From an uncultured Chloroflexia bacterium (lineage in GTDB: Bacteria; Chloroflexota; Limnocylindria; Limnocylindrales; CSP1-4): DNA of 64,000 nucleotides. Made by a program: the position numbers and the translations under genes. Shown in pieces: positions 1-10,222 of the stretch. The stretch is taken from positions 75,680 through 139,679 of the forward strand of contig CAWJQZ010000033.1 in the NCBI GenBank assembly GCA_963844945.1, written 5' to 3'. Numbering within the stretch: position 1 is the stretch's first letter; each line of letters begins with the position of its first letter. The notes under the pieces are model-generated. The model was not told where the DNA came from and searched no databases. It saw nothing but the letters and a program-made list of their open reading frames with translations.

Positions 1-413
1 CGACCGCGACCTTCCCGGCCAGGCGGCCGGCGCCGATCGGCGGCGCCCGCGACGGCCTGCCGATAGCCGTCGGTCCCACCCTGGCGCACCAGGCGCCGGG
101 CGGCGTCGGCCTGCGCCCACGTGGGGCCGGATGCGAAGAGCCCGAGGCCCGGGACCACCACCACGGCAGGCACGACGCCGTGGGAGGCGCGGTGCGCGAC
201 GACCCGGTCGTACAGCAGCGGGAGCACCTCGTCGGCCGTCGTCTCCGGCCGGACCTCCGCGAGCAGGGTCCCCGCGGACTCGCCGGTGGGGGCCGCGGTC
301 CCGTCCGCGTCGTCGAACACGACGATCGGCAGCGGGCCGTCGCCGGCGAGCAGGCCGCGGAGCGTGGGTCCGAGCACGTCGACGAGCGCGCGGGCGCGGG
401 TCGTGTCGTTCAC
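1..413 (-). CDS. Partial ORF whose 3' end lies beyond the window. It resembles the junction between the aldolase-like and short-chain dehydrogenase halves of bifunctional rhamnulose-1-phosphate aldolase/dehydrogenase (RhaEW-type).
   Basis: GTG at 413-411 overlaps the stop of the upstream gene (GTGA). My own minus-strand translation gives ...HGVVPAVVVVPGLGLFASGPTWAQADAARRLV.... After a frame switch near 30-45 it gives RLAGKVAV, the start of an SDR Rossmann motif, at the window edge. The assignment rests only on remembered motif similarity. Confidence 0.3.
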   Translation of the reverse strand, partial: MNDTTRARALVDVLGPTLRGLLAGDGPLPIVVFDDADGTAAPTGESAGTLLAEVRPETTADEVLPLLYDRVVAHRASHGVVPAVVVVPGLGLFASGPTWAQADAARRLVRQGGTDGYRQAVAGAADRRRPPGREGRG

Positions 414-1650
414 CGGGAGGCCTCCACCATGCGGTCGCGGATGAGCTCGGCGCCGAGCTCTGAGAAGAAGCGGATGCGGGACTCGCCGTCGGGGAACCCG
501 GGCGCGAGGCGGCCCTCGCCGTCCACGTACCCGGTCCGGCCGGACGCCCGGAGGTGCTGGTGGGCCGCGACGACGCGCGTCGACTCGAGGAAGACCGCGC
601 GCGCGGCCGGTGACGGGGTCGGGCGCGTCGACGCAGTGCGGCGCCATCGGGATCCGTGCCGGCGTGTTGTGCTCGGTGCCCGCGGTGACGAGGATCCCCG
701 CGTCGCGGTACGCGGCCACGTACGCGTCCACGACGGCGGTCGCGGTTCCGGATCGGGATGAGCTCGGCGACGAACGCGCCGCGCTCCAGGACGCGCTCCG
801 CGAGCGCCGGGGCGGGCGCCTCCCACGCGCAGATCGGGGTCCGCGCCGTCCGCGAGCGTCGGGTAGCAGGGGATCCCGCCGTAGCCGAGGACGATCCGGT
901 ACGCCTCGGCGAACGAGAGCGGCGTCTCCTCGACGAACGCGGGGCGCCCGGCCTTCATGAGTCGCGACCGGATCTCGCCCTGGACCGCGGCGGCGTCGTC
1001 GCGGGTCGGATGCGGGCGCCGCGCCGAACGCGCGGGCGAGCACGGCGGCGCGCGCGTCGCGGTCGGCCGCGCGGAAGAGCGCCTCCTGGAACGCCCATCG
1101 CGAGGTGCCGCTCCTGCAGGACGACCCATCCACGCGGGACGTCCGCACGCGCGGCGACGTCGGACGCGATCGCCTCGTCGGTCAGCGCCGTCTCCAGGCC
1201 GGCATCGGCGAGGATCCCCGCGAGCAGCGCGGTCATCGCGCCGCGCCCGCTCGTCGTCGGCGGCACGGGCCCGGCCGCGGAGCGCCGCGTCCTCCGGCGT
1301 CGGCTCCGTGAACGGGTCGAGGCCCTTCCCGCAGAGGTAGAAGCGCCCCGGGTTCGCCGGGTCGTTCACGAGGATCCCCTCGCGCCGGAGGTCCTCGTCC
1401 ACCGAGATGATCTCGATCCCATGGAGCGCGACGATCCCGTGGGCCTCGGCGGCCTTCGCGATGCGCGCGTACACGCGCAGGTCGTGGAAGTTGGACGTGC
1501 CGAGGACCGCGACCCCTTCCCGCGCGGCGCTGGCGACGGCGTCCTCCGGGCTGTCGAACGCGGAGAAGTTCGGCGGGACGTGGACGTGCGTGTTGACGAC
1601 CGGCGTGCCGTCCTCGCCGGCGGCGGCCGGTCCTCGCCCCGGCCGGTCAT
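410..1650 (-). pseudogene. PHP/amidohydrolase-like metal-dependent hydrolase of unknown function, with at least 3 frame switches
   Basis: ATG at 1650 forms an ATGA overlap with the inferred rhaB stop. Coding-looking segments are spread over three minus frames. These are GTPVVNTHVHVPPNFSAFDSPEDAVASAAREGVAVLGTSNFHDLRVYARIAKAAEAHGIVALHGIEIISVDEDL (410..2917 frame), MTALLAGILADAGLETALTDEAIASDVAARADVPRGWVVLQE (955..1266 frame), then MKAGRPAFVEETPLSFAEAYRIVLGYGGIPCYPTLADGADP and ...GFPDGESRIRFFSELGAELIRDRMVEAS. The HxH-type N-terminal motif suggests a metal-dependent hydrolase fold, but the family was not firmly recognised. Confidence 0.45.
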
Positions 1651-3135
1651 CGGTCGCCGCCGGCCGGCGCGCCCGGCGCAGCGCGGCGGGCGAGGATCGA
1701 CGGCGAAGCGTGCGCGCGCCTCCGCCCAGTCGCCGGCGGGCTCGTGGTCGCGCAGGGGGAACGACCGCGCGACGAGCGCGCGAGCCTCCGCGACGCCGGC
1801 GAGCTCGCCGGCCGCGATCGCCTGGACCGCGACGTTCCCGATCGCCGTCGCCTCCACGGGACCGGCGCGCACCGGCAGGCCCGTGGCGCCGGCGGTGAGC
1901 TGGCAGAGAAGTCGGTTGTTCGACCCGCCGCCCACCACCTGGATCGATGTCACGGGCCGCCCGCTCACGCTCTGCAGCTCGGCGATCGCCGCCGCGTAGC
2001 GGAGCGCGAGGCTCTCGAGGATGACGCGGACCAGCGTCCCGGCATCCTCCGGCACGGGCTGCCCGGTCTCCGCGCAGAACGACCGGACGCGGCCGGGCAC
2101 GTCGCCCGGGCGGAGGAAGCGCGCGTCGTCGGGATCGATGAACGCCGTGAACGCGGGCGCCGACGCCGCGAGGTCGGCGATCTCCTCGTAGGAGGGGGGG
2201 TCGCCAGCGGGCCAGAGGGTCCGCCGGCTCTCCTGGACCAGCCAGAGCCCCACGACGTTCCGCAGGAGCCGCACGGTCCCGCCGACACCGCCTTCGTTCG
2301 TCAGGTCCGCAGCGAGGGACGCCTCCGTCACCACCGGGCCCGGCATCTCGAGGCCGAGAAGCGACCAGGTGCCCGAGCTGAGGAACGCGGTGGACGGCCC
2401 GGCCAGCGGCGTGCCCACGACGGCGGACGCGGTGTCGTGCGACCCGGGCGCGACGACGCGTGTCCCATCGAGGCCGGTCGCGTCGGCGAGGTCGCCGCGG
2501 ACGGGGCCGAGGACCGTCCCCGGCGCGACGACCGGCGGAAGGATCCGCGACGGGATCCCGAACCGCTCCACGAGCGGACGGGCCCAGTCGCGGGTGACGG
2601 GATCGAGGCACTGGCTGGTGCTCGCGAGGGTGTACTCGGCGACCGCCGAGCCCGCGAGGAAGTGGTGGAAGAGGTCGGCCGTCATGAGCAGCCGGTCCGC
2701 CTGCGCGAGCAGCGGGTCGCCCGCGCGCGCCATCGCGAACAGCTGGAAGAGCGTGTTGATGGGCATGAGCTGGTTGCCCGTGGCCGCGTAGATCTCCGCG
2801 CGAGGGACGATCGCGAACGCGTCGTCGAGGATCCCCTCGGTCCTCGCGTCGCGGTAGTGGACCGGGTTGGACAGGAGGCGGCCCCGCGCGTCGAGGAGGC
2901 CGAAGTCGACCCCCCACGTGTCCACCCCGACCGACGCGACCGGCCCACCCGCGGCGGCCTTGCGCAGCCCGGTCGTCGCCTCGCCGAACAGCCGCAGGAA
3001 GTCCCAGTGGAGCGTCCCCGCCAGGGAGACCGGCACGTTCGGGAACCGGTGGGCGTCCTCGACGGTGAGGCGGTCGCCGTCGAACGTCCCCACGACGGCC
3101 CTGCCGCTCTCCGCCCCGAGGTCGAGCGCGACCAT
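1647..3135 (-). CDS. rhaB: Rhamnulokinase (FGGY family); the 3' end is ambiguous
   Basis: ORF 1366..3255(-), starting at internal Met41 (MVALDLGAESGRAVVGTFDG...). The motifs VGVDTWGVDFGLLD, GSHDTASAV, SSGTWSLLG and VVGGGSNNRLLCQLTA are typical of rhamnulokinase. The uninterrupted frame runs on to 1366 through non-protein-like Arg/Ser/Thr sequence. A 1-nt frame change near 1650-1700 would terminate at TGA 1649-1647, overlapping the next ATG. Confidence 0.85.
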
Positions 3136-3148
3136 GCGCAGCGTCCCG

Positions 3149-4018
3149 TCACCCACGGCGCTCGCTCCTCCCCGTCCGCGTCCCGGGGCCGCCCGGTCGC
3201 GCCTCGTCATCGGGACCCGCCGCGACGACCTCGACCCCGGCCGACCGGAACGCATCGACCATCGAGGCCGGCGCCGTGCTGTCCGTGAAGATGCCGCTCA
3301 GCCGGTCGGCGCGGCAGAAGGTCACCGAGGCCACGCGGCCCCACTTCGTGTGGTCCGCCAGGGCGTGCACCTCCCGGGCGGCGGCGACCATCGCCCGCTT
3401 GATGTGGGCCTCCTCCTCCGTGGCGTCGGTCAGCCCCGCCTCGAGCGTCAGCCCGGCCGCGCCGAGGAACGCCTTCTGCACGTTCACCCTCTCGAAGAAG
3501 CCGTCCCCGAGCGGGCCGACGATCGACAGCGCCTCACGCCGGACGCGCCCGCCGAGCATGAGGACGGTGATCCCCGGGTGGTCGGCGAGCTCCGTGGCGA
3601 TCGGGATGCTGTTCGTCACGACCGTCAGGCCGTGCCACGCGTCCCGCTCCTTCAGGCTGCGCGCGAGGTAGAGCGCGGTGCTGCTCGCGTCGAGGACGAT
3701 GCTCTCGCCATCGCCGACGCGGGCCGCGGCCGCCGCGCCGATCGCGACCTTCGCATCGCGCTGGAGCCGCTCGCGCTCCCGGAAGGCGGGCTCGGGGCGG
3801 TCGTCCGCGGGCGCGATCGCCCCGCCGTGCGTGCGGACGACGAGGCGCTCGTCCTCGAGGACGGCGAGATCCTTCCGGATCGTCACCGTCGAGACGCCGA
3901 ACCGGTCGGCGAGGTCCGCGACCCGCGCCCTGCCGGAGGTCGCCACGAGCCGCGCGATCTCCTGGCGGCGCTCGCTCGCGAAGACCGCGTCCGCCGCCGG
4001 GCCTGCAGGTGCCGTCAC
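3149..4018 (-). CDS. DeoR-family transcriptional regulator, probably the rhamnose regulator
   Basis: ORF 3149..4117(-). It has an N-terminal HTH (RRQEIARLVATSGRARVADLADRFGVSTVTIRKDLAVLEDERLVVRTHGGA) and a C-terminal DeoR sugar-phosphate-binding domain (IVLDASSTALYLAR...TVVTNS...LGGRVR). The start was chosen at GTG 4018, 10 nt after GGAGG; ATG 4078 or 4117 are also possible. The gene lies 14 nt upstream of rhaB. Confidence 0.85.
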   Translation of the reverse strand: MTAPAGPAADAVFASERRQEIARLVATSGRARVADLADRFGVSTVTIRKDLAVLEDERLVVRTHGGAIAPADDRPEPAFRERERLQRDAKVAIGAAAAARVGDGESIVLDASSTALYLARSLKERDAWHGLTVVTNSIPIATELADHPGITVLMLGGRVRREALSIVGPLGDGFFERVNVQKAFLGAAGLTLEAGLTDATEEEAHIKRAMVAAAREVHALADHTKWGRVASVTFCRADRLSGIFTDSTAPASMVDAFRSAGVEVVAAGPDDEARPGGPGTRTGRSERRG

Positions 4019-4246
4019 CCGCCCGTCACCTCCGCTCCACCCGGAACTCACATTTCGATTGGTTCCGTTCACCTGCATGTTCGGACCGGCGCGATGCGCT
4101 GTCAAGTCGCGCCGCACCCGCGAGTCCCGCTCAGTGGGCCGCCGCTCACGCGAGTCGCGACATTACGGATGGTTGCGATATATTGCGGTTCGATGCTACT
4201 CTCGAGCCGTCGCCCTGATCGACCTGCCATCCAGCGGAGGTGTCCC

Positions 4247-5072
4247 GTGTCCGTCCCCGAGCCGTACCCCGAGCTGGAGGAGATCCTCGTCTCGATCGGC
4301 GCAGCGGGCACGCGCGTCGCCGCGATGGACGCCGGCGAGGGTGGCGCCGGGAACATCTCCGCGTGCATCGGCTGGCCGATCGAGGTCCGCGGGCGGTTCC
4401 CCGTCGTCGACCGGATCGACCTCCCCCTCCCCGCGCCCCACCTCGCGGGCCATCGGATCGTGGTGACCGGTTCCGGGCGCAGGCTCCGGGACATCGCCGT
4501 CGACCCGGCCGCCAACCTCGGCGTCGTCGTGGTCGAGGAGGGCGGACGGACCGGGCTCCTCCACACCTCGCCCGGGCGCCTGTTCGAGCGGCTCACGAGC
4601 GAGTGGAACTCGCACCTCGGCGTCCACGACGACACGGTCGCGCGGACGGGGACGAACTTCAACGCGATCGTCCACGCGCAGCCGCCGCACATCGTCTACC
4701 TGAGCCACATCCCCGCGTACCGCGACGAGGCGTACCTCAACGCGCGGCTGCTGCGCTGGGAGCCGGAGACGATCATCAACCTCCCCCAGGGGATCGGCTA
4801 CGTCGGGTTCCACGTGCCGGGCGCGCCGGAGCTCATGGCGCGGGAACGTGGAGAGCCTCCGGACGCACCGCATCGTCCTCTGGGCGAAGCACGGCGTCAT
4901 GGCGCGGTCGGACATCTCGGTGACGCGGGCCGTGGACCGGATCGAGTACGCGGAGACCGCCGCGCGCTACGAGTACATGGACCTTCTCGCCGGGGGCCGC
5001 GCCGAGGGCCTCACGCGAGACGAGGTCCGGAGCGTGGTGGAGGCGTTCGGCGTGGAGACGGATCTCGTCTGA
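4247..5072 (+). pseudogene. rhaD: Rhamnulose-1-phosphate aldolase (class II aldolase) with one frame switch near 4840-4850
   Basis: GTG 4247 lies 6 nt after GGAGG. The N-terminal part is in the 2867..5083 frame: GGAGNISA...RIVVTGSGRRLRDIAVDPAANLGVVVVEEGG...LTSEWNSHLGVH...NAIVHAQPPHIVYLSHIP. This aligns with what I recall of E. coli RhaD ([37 protein letters not shown]). The C-terminus continues in ORF 4848..5072 (VESLRTHRIVLWAKHGVMARS...). Confidence 0.8.
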
Positions 5073-5201
5073 GGCGCCGGTGAGCGGCGCGAGTGGCGCC
5101 CCTCCGCATGCCCTGCACGACGGCAGGCCCGGGTGCGCACGTCACACCCACGGCCCGCACACGCGGCGGTCGCAACGCTCCGGCAACGTGTCGGAATCGA
5201 T

Positions 5202-5229
5202 TTGACAACCGTCGCGGACGCGTTACCAT
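5202..5229 (+). promoter_or_regulatory. Candidate sigma70-type promoter for the sugar ABC transporter operon
   Basis: TTGACA (5202-5207), a 16-nt spacer, then TACCAT (5224-5229), in a locally AT-richer patch about 130 nt upstream of ATG 5358. This is a pattern match only. Confidence 0.3.
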
Positions 5230-5241
5230 CCCCGGTGTGTT

Positions 5242-5260
5242 ATCGGTAACGGATACCGAT
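5242..5260. promoter_or_regulatory. Candidate operator: inverted repeat ATCGGTA-N5-TACCGAT
   Basis: Perfect 7-bp arms at 5242-5248 and 5254-5260, immediately downstream of the putative -10 box. This position is consistent with repression of the transporter operon by the DeoR or LacI regulator encoded nearby. Confidence 0.3.
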
Positions 5261-5357
5261 GCATGGCGTGGGACCCTGGTTCGCTCCGGTCCCGCCGACC
5301 AGCCGCTCCATCCCGGCAGGCGTGCCGGGATCCTCACGGTTCAGGGGAGTGTCCGTG

Positions 5358-6872
5358 ATGGCTGATCTCCTCGTGGAGATGACCGGCATCGACAAGAGCT
5401 TCCCGGGCGTGCACGCCCTGGACGACGCCCGGTTCGACCTGCGTCCCGGAGAGGTCCACGCCCTCGTCGGCGAGAACGGGGCGGGCAAGTCGACCCTCAT
5501 GAAGATCCTCGCGGGGATCTACCACCGCGATTCCGGGACGATCAAGGTGAAGGGCCAGGAGGTCGAGGTCCCCTCCCCGAAGGCCGCCCAGAACCTCGGC
5601 ATCGCGATCATCCACCAGGAGCTCAACCTGATGGGCCACCTGTCGGTGGCCGAGAACCTCTTCATCGGGCGCGAGCCGCGGCGCCGCGTGCACTTCGTCC
5701 TGAACGACGGCGAGCTCAACGCGAAGGCCCAGGCCCTCTTCGACGAGCTGCACATGAAGCTCGACCCGAAGGCGAAGGTCTCCACCCTGGCGGTCGCCCA
5801 GCAGCAGATGGTCGAGATCGCGAAGGCGATCTCCTACGAGTCCGACGTCCTGATCATGGACGAGCCCACCGCGGCCCTGACGGACACGGAGATCGACGAC
5901 CTCTTCCGGATCATCCGCCACCTCCGCGAGCAGGGCAAGGGCATCGTCCACATCTCCCACCGCCTCGAGGAGCTCAAGCAGATCTCCGACCGGATCACGG
6001 TCATGCGCGACGGCAGGTACATCGACACCGTCGAGACGAAGGACGCGGAGATCCAGCAGATCATCAACATGATGGTCGGCCGGACGATCTTCGAGGCGAC
6101 CCCCGAGCTGCCGGAGCATCCGAGCGACGAGGTCGTCCTCGAGGTCCGGAACCTCAACCGCGGCCGCCAGGTCCGCGACGTCAGCTTCCAGCTCCGCAAG
6201 GGCGAGATCCTCGGGTTCTCCGGGCTCGTCGGAGCCGGCCGGACGGAGGTGGTCCGGGCGGTCTTCGGCGCGGACAAGCGGGACTCCGGGGAGATCCTCG
6301 TCCACGGCAAGCCGGTGACCATCAAGTCGCCGCAGGACGCGGTCGCCAACGGGATCGCCTACCTCTCCGAGGACCGGAAGCGATACGGGCTGGCGCTGAT
6401 CATGGACGTCGAGGCGAACGTCGTGATGGCGTCGATGAAGAAGTTCACCGGCCTCCTCGGCTGGCTCCGCTTCGGGAAGATGCGGAAGGCGGCCGACCGC
6501 CAGGTCGAGTCGCTCCTGATCAAGACGCCGTCGATCGAGCAGAAGGTGCGGAACCTCTCCGGCGGCAACCAGCAGAAGGTCGTCATCGGCAAGTGGCTGA
6601 CGGCCGACACGGACATCCTCATCTTCGACGAGCCGACGCGCGGCATCGACGTCGGCGCGAAGAGCGAGATCTACCGGCTCCTCAATGACCTCGCCCAGTC
6701 GGGCAAGTCCGTGATCATGATCTCGTCCGAGCTCCCGGAGATCCTCCGCATGAGCCACAGGATCCTCGTCATGTGCGAGGGCCAGATCACCGGCGAGCTG
6801 TCTTCTGCGGAAGCCACGCAGGAGAAGATCATGACCTTCGCGACGCAGCGTGAAGCCGTTGCGGCAGCCTGA
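5358..6872 (+). CDS. Sugar ABC transporter ATP-binding protein (CUT2 family, RbsA-like, two ABC domains)
   Basis: ORF 5259..6872, starting at internal ATG 5358, which is preceded by AGGGGAG. Walker [10 protein letters not shown] is in domain 1, and a second ABC domain carries LSGGNQQKV and [10 protein letters not shown]. The ~504-aa length is typical. Confidence 0.9.
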   Translation: MADLLVEMTGIDKSFPGVHALDDARFDLRPGEVHALVGENGAGKSTLMKILAGIYHRDSGTIKVKGQEVEVPSPKAAQNLGIAIIHQELNLMGHLSVAENLFIGREPRRRVHFVLNDGELNAKAQALFDELHMKLDPKAKVSTLAVAQQQMVEIAKAISYESDVLIMDEPTAALTDTEIDDLFRIIRHLREQGKGIVHISHRLEELKQISDRITVMRDGRYIDTVETKDAEIQQIINMMVGRTIFEATPELPEHPSDEVVLEVRNLNRGRQVRDVSFQLRKGEILGFSGLVGAGRTEVVRAVFGADKRDSGEILVHGKPVTIKSPQDAVANGIAYLSEDRKRYGLALIMDVEANVVMASMKKFTGLLGWLRFGKMRKAADRQVESLLIKTPSIEQKVRNLSGGNQQKVVIGKWLTADTDILIFDEPTRGIDVGAKSEIYRLLNDLAQSGKSVIMISSELPEILRMSHRILVMCEGQITGELSSAEATQEKIMTFATQREAVAAA

Positions 6873-6923
6873 CCCATCCACCCAGACAGGCCCAGTCCAG
6901 GCAGGAGACGAGGCGGCTCACCG

Positions 6924-7910
6924 ATGACGACGATGCAGGCAACGGGCACGACCAAGGCGCGGTCGCTCCTGAGGGGAGCATCGCTGCAGCGCCTCCTGGC
7001 GCTCGGCGCTCTCGTGATCCTCCTGGTGTTCTTCTCGCTCATCGCGGAGTCCTTCCGCACGACCGAGAACTACATCTCCATCCTCGTCGCGGCCGCCGTG
7101 AACGGCGTCCTGGCGATGGGCGTCACCTTCGTCATCATCACCGGCGGGATCGACCTCTCGATCGGCACGGCGATGACGTTCTGCTCCGTCGTCATGGGCA
7201 TCGTCGTGACGAACATGGGGTTCCCGCTGCCGGTCGGGCTCGCGGCGGCGCTCGCCGCGGGAGCGTTCGTGGGCCTCATCAACGGCACGCTCATCGCGAA
7301 GGCCAAGCTCCCGCCGTTCATCGCGACCCTGGGCATGCTCTTCGTGACCCGCGGCATGGCCCAGGTCATCTCGGACGTGAAGCCGATCTACTTCGACAGC
7401 ACGCCGATCTTCTACGACATCTTCATGGGCAAGCCGATCCTCGGCATCCCGAACATCGTCTTCATCATGTTCATCGTGGCGATCGTCGCGTCGCTCGTGC
7501 TGACGCGGACCTCCCTGGGCCGGTACACGTTCGCGATCGGCTCGAACGAGGAGGCGACCCGCCTGTCCGGCGTCAATGTCGACCGGTGGAAGATCGCGAT
7601 CTACGCCACGTGCGGTCTCTTCGTGGGACTCGCGGGCATCCTCATCGCCGCCCGCATGACCTCCGCCCAGCCGTCGGTCGGCATGGGCTACGAGCTCGAC
7701 GCCATCGCTGCCGCCGTCATCGGCGGCGCATCCCTCAGCGGCGGCGAGGGCAGCATCCTGGGCACGATCATCGGCGCGCTGCTCATCAGCACGCTCGCGA
7801 TCGGGCTCTCCATCGTCGGCGTGCCGGACCAGTGGAAGATGGTGATCACCGGCCTGGTGGTCATCGGCGCGGTCTGGCTCGACATCCTGCGGCGCCGCAG
7901 CCTCGCATAG
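6924..7910 (+). CDS. Sugar ABC transporter permease (RbsC/BPD_transp_2-like)
   Basis: ORF 6924..7910. It is a multi-pass hydrophobic protein with IITGGIDLSIG, FIATLGM and IGSNEEATRLSGVNV motifs, characteristic of CUT2 permeases. Confidence 0.9.
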   Translation: MTTMQATGTTKARSLLRGASLQRLLALGALVILLVFFSLIAESFRTTENYISILVAAAVNGVLAMGVTFVIITGGIDLSIGTAMTFCSVVMGIVVTNMGFPLPVGLAAALAAGAFVGLINGTLIAKAKLPPFIATLGMLFVTRGMAQVISDVKPIYFDSTPIFYDIFMGKPILGIPNIVFIMFIVAIVASLVLTRTSLGRYTFAIGSNEEATRLSGVNVDRWKIAIYATCGLFVGLAGILIAARMTSAQPSVGMGYELDAIAAAVIGGASLSGGEGSILGTIIGALLISTLAIGLSIVGVPDQWKMVITGLVVIGAVWLDILRRRSLA

Positions 7911-8008
7911 CGCGAGCCGGCACCCCCACCCTTCGCGCTGACACCGGCGCGGGCACGCCCCGCCGGGAGGAGTCGGTCAGTGGCAACCAGTCAAGGAGGA
8001 GAGACAGA

Positions 8009-9010
8009 GTGAAGTTCTTCAAGACGAGCGGCGTCATCCTCACGGCCGTGGCCGTGACCGCCCTGGTCGCCGCCTGCAGCAGCAGCGGCAGCACGCCCGC
8101 CCCGTCCGGCTCCGCCGCCGCCGGCGGCGGCAGCGGCGACAAGCCGTACATCGCGATCGTGTCCAAGGGCTCGCAGCACCAGTTCTGGCAGGCCGTCCAG
8201 AAGGGCGCGACCGACGAGGCCGCCGCCAAGGGCGCGACGATCTCCTACGAGGGCCCGGCGTCCGAGTCCGAGGTCGACAAGCAGCTCACCATGCTGCAGA
8301 CCGCCCTCGACAAGAAGCCGGCCGCGATCTGCTTCGCAGCCCTCGACAGCAAGGCCGCCACCCCGTACCTCGAGAAGGCCAAGGCCGCGGGCATCCCGGT
8401 CGTCGGCTTCGACTCGGGCGTCGACAGCGATATCCCGGTCACCACCGTGGCGACCGACAACATCGCCGCCGCCGGTGAGGCTGCGGACAAGCTCGCCGCC
8501 GCCATCGGCGACTCCGGCAAGGTCGCGGTCATCGTCCACGACCAGACCAGCCAGACGGGCACTTCCCGCCGCGACGGCTTCGTCAACCAGATGAAGGCCA
8601 AGCACCCGAACGTCGAGGTCGTCGACATCCAGTACGGCGCCGGCGACCCGGTCAAGTCGGCCGACCTCGCCAAGGCGATCATGACCAAGAACCCGGACCT
8701 GAAGGGCTTCTTCGGCGCCAATGAGGGCTCGATCAAGGGCATCCTCAACGCGCTCAAGGAGACCGGCAACGAGAACAAGATCCTCGCCGTCGGCTACGAC
8801 TCCGGCCAGCAGCAGATCGACGCCATCACCAGCGGCGTCGAGATGGGCGCCATCACGCAGAACCCGGTCGGCATCGGCGCCAAGTGCGTCGACGCCGCGC
8901 TCGATGCCATCGCGGGCAAGACGCTCCCGAAGAACATCGACACCGGCTACTACTGGTACGACAAGGCCAACATCAACGACCCGCAGATCCAGGCGGTCCT
9001 CTACAAGTAG
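8009..9010 (+). CDS. Sugar ABC transporter substrate-binding lipoprotein (periplasmic binding protein type I, RbsB-like)
   Basis: GTG 8009 is preceded by AAGGAGGA. The signal peptide has a lipobox (VKFFKTSGVILTAVAVTALVAAC). The body (IAIVSKGSQHQFWQAVQKGA...VVGFDSG...VGYDSG) is typical of ribose-type binding proteins. Confidence 0.9.
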   Translation: MKFFKTSGVILTAVAVTALVAACSSSGSTPAPSGSAAAGGGSGDKPYIAIVSKGSQHQFWQAVQKGATDEAAAKGATISYEGPASESEVDKQLTMLQTALDKKPAAICFAALDSKAATPYLEKAKAAGIPVVGFDSGVDSDIPVTTVATDNIAAAGEAADKLAAAIGDSGKVAVIVHDQTSQTGTSRRDGFVNQMKAKHPNVEVVDIQYGAGDPVKSADLAKAIMTKNPDLKGFFGANEGSIKGILNALKETGNENKILAVGYDSGQQQIDAITSGVEMGAITQNPVGIGAKCVDAALDAIAGKTLPKNIDTGYYWYDKANINDPQIQAVLYK

Positions 9011-9035
9011 TCGGCCCCCTCGCGTAACGGTCCAC

Positions 9036-9064
9036 GGGGGCTGCCCGACTGACGGGCAGCCCCC
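9036..9064 (+). terminator. Rho-independent-type terminator hairpin after the transporter operon
   Basis: Perfect 12-bp stem GGGGGCTGCCCG / CGGGCAGCCCCC with a 5-nt loop, 26 nt after the stop, followed by GTGCTTTC. Confidence 0.6.
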
Positions 9065-9124
9065 GTGCTTTCACCGCCAGGGACCTCTTCCCACGCCACC
9101 ACCGAAGGTCCGGATCCCCCACCG

Positions 9125-10222
9125 ATGAGCACGATCAGCGACGTCGCACAGCGAGCCGGCGTCTCGACGATGACGGTCTCCCGGGTGCTCAACAGCTCCG
9201 GGCACGTCAGCGCCGCCACCCGCGACAGGGTCGAGCGCGCCATCGCCGAGCTCGGGTACGTCCCCAACGCCCTCGCGCGCCAGCTGCGCTCGAAGCAGAC
9301 GAAGACGCTCGCCCTGGTCGTCTCCGACATCTCCAATCCGTTCTTCACGACGATCGCGCGCGGCGTCGAGGACGCCGCCGGCATGCGCGGCTTCAGCGTC
9401 ATGTACTGCAACACGGACGAGTCCGAGGAGGAGGAGGCGAAGTACCTGCGGGTGCTCGTCGAGCGCCAGGTGGACGGCGTCCTCCTGGTCCCCGCGCGGA
9501 GCTCCGGCGAGTCGCTCCGCATGCTCCGCGCCCACGGGGTCCCGGTCGTCGTCCTCGACCGTCGCGTCCGGGCACGACAGGTCGCCTGCGTGCGCACCGA
9601 CTCCGAGGCCGGCGCGTACGCCCTCACCCGCCATCTCCTCGACCTGGGGCACCGCAGGATCGCGGTCCTGAGCGGACGCCGCGAGATCTCCACCTCGCAC
9701 GATCGCGTCGCCGGCGCCCGCCGCGCGCTCCAGGAGGCCGGGCTCACGCTCCCCGAGTCCCTGATCCGCTTCGGCGGCTTCAACTTCGGCCCGATGAACC
9801 AGGCCGACGGCCACCGCATGGCGCTCGACGTCCTCGCGGCGCCGGGCGGGCCGCCCACGGCGCTCTTCTGCGCGAACAACTTCATCGCCTTCGGGGCGAT
9901 GCGCGCGCTCCGTGAGCAGGGCCTCGCGATCCCGGAGGACATCTCCGTGGTCGCCTTCGACGACCTGCCCGAGGGCTGGGTGAGCGAGCCGTTCCTCACC
10001 GTCGCGTCCCAGCCGGCCTACGAGATCGGGCACCGCGCCGCCGAGATGCTCCTCTCGCGCCTCGCCGGGGAGCCGGAGGAGGAGTGCCGGGATGTCGTCT
10101 TCCCGTTCGACCTGAAGATCCGTCGCTCCAGCGGCCCCCCGCGGGCCGCGACGACGGACAGGGCCGGGTCGGCGACCGGCAGCCACACGGGCCACGCCGG
10201 CGCCGTCGCCGCCACCCGCTGA
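9125..10222 (+). CDS. LacI-family transcriptional regulator
   Basis: ORF 9065..10222, starting at internal ATG 9125. The HTH is MSTISDVAQRAGVSTMTVSRVLNSSGHVSAATRDRVERAIAELGYVPNALARQLRS, followed by a periplasmic-binding-like effector domain. Confidence 0.9.
   Translation: MSTISDVAQRAGVSTMTVSRVLNSSGHVSAATRDRVERAIAELGYVPNALARQLRSKQTKTLALVVSDISNPFFTTIARGVEDAAGMRGFSVMYCNTDESEEEEAKYLRVLVERQVDGVLLVPARSSGESLRMLRAHGVPVVVLDRRVRARQVACVRTDSEAGAYALTRHLLDLGHRRIAVLSGRREISTSHDRVAGARRALQEAGLTLPESLIRFGGFNFGPMNQADGHRMALDVLAAPGGPPTALFCANNFIAFGAMRALREQGLAIPEDISVVAFDDLPEGWVSEPFLTVASQPAYEIGHRAAEMLLSRLAGEPEEECRDVVFPFDLKIRRSSGPPRAATTDRAGSATGSHTGHAGAVAATR

Noticed and set aside
4119-4156. Two CGCGAGTC direct repeats 30 bp apart in the deoR-rhaD intergenic region, as possible DeoR sites.
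   Set aside because: An 8-mer of this composition is expected by chance fairly often in DNA this GC-rich. Without comparative data it cannot be supported as a feature.
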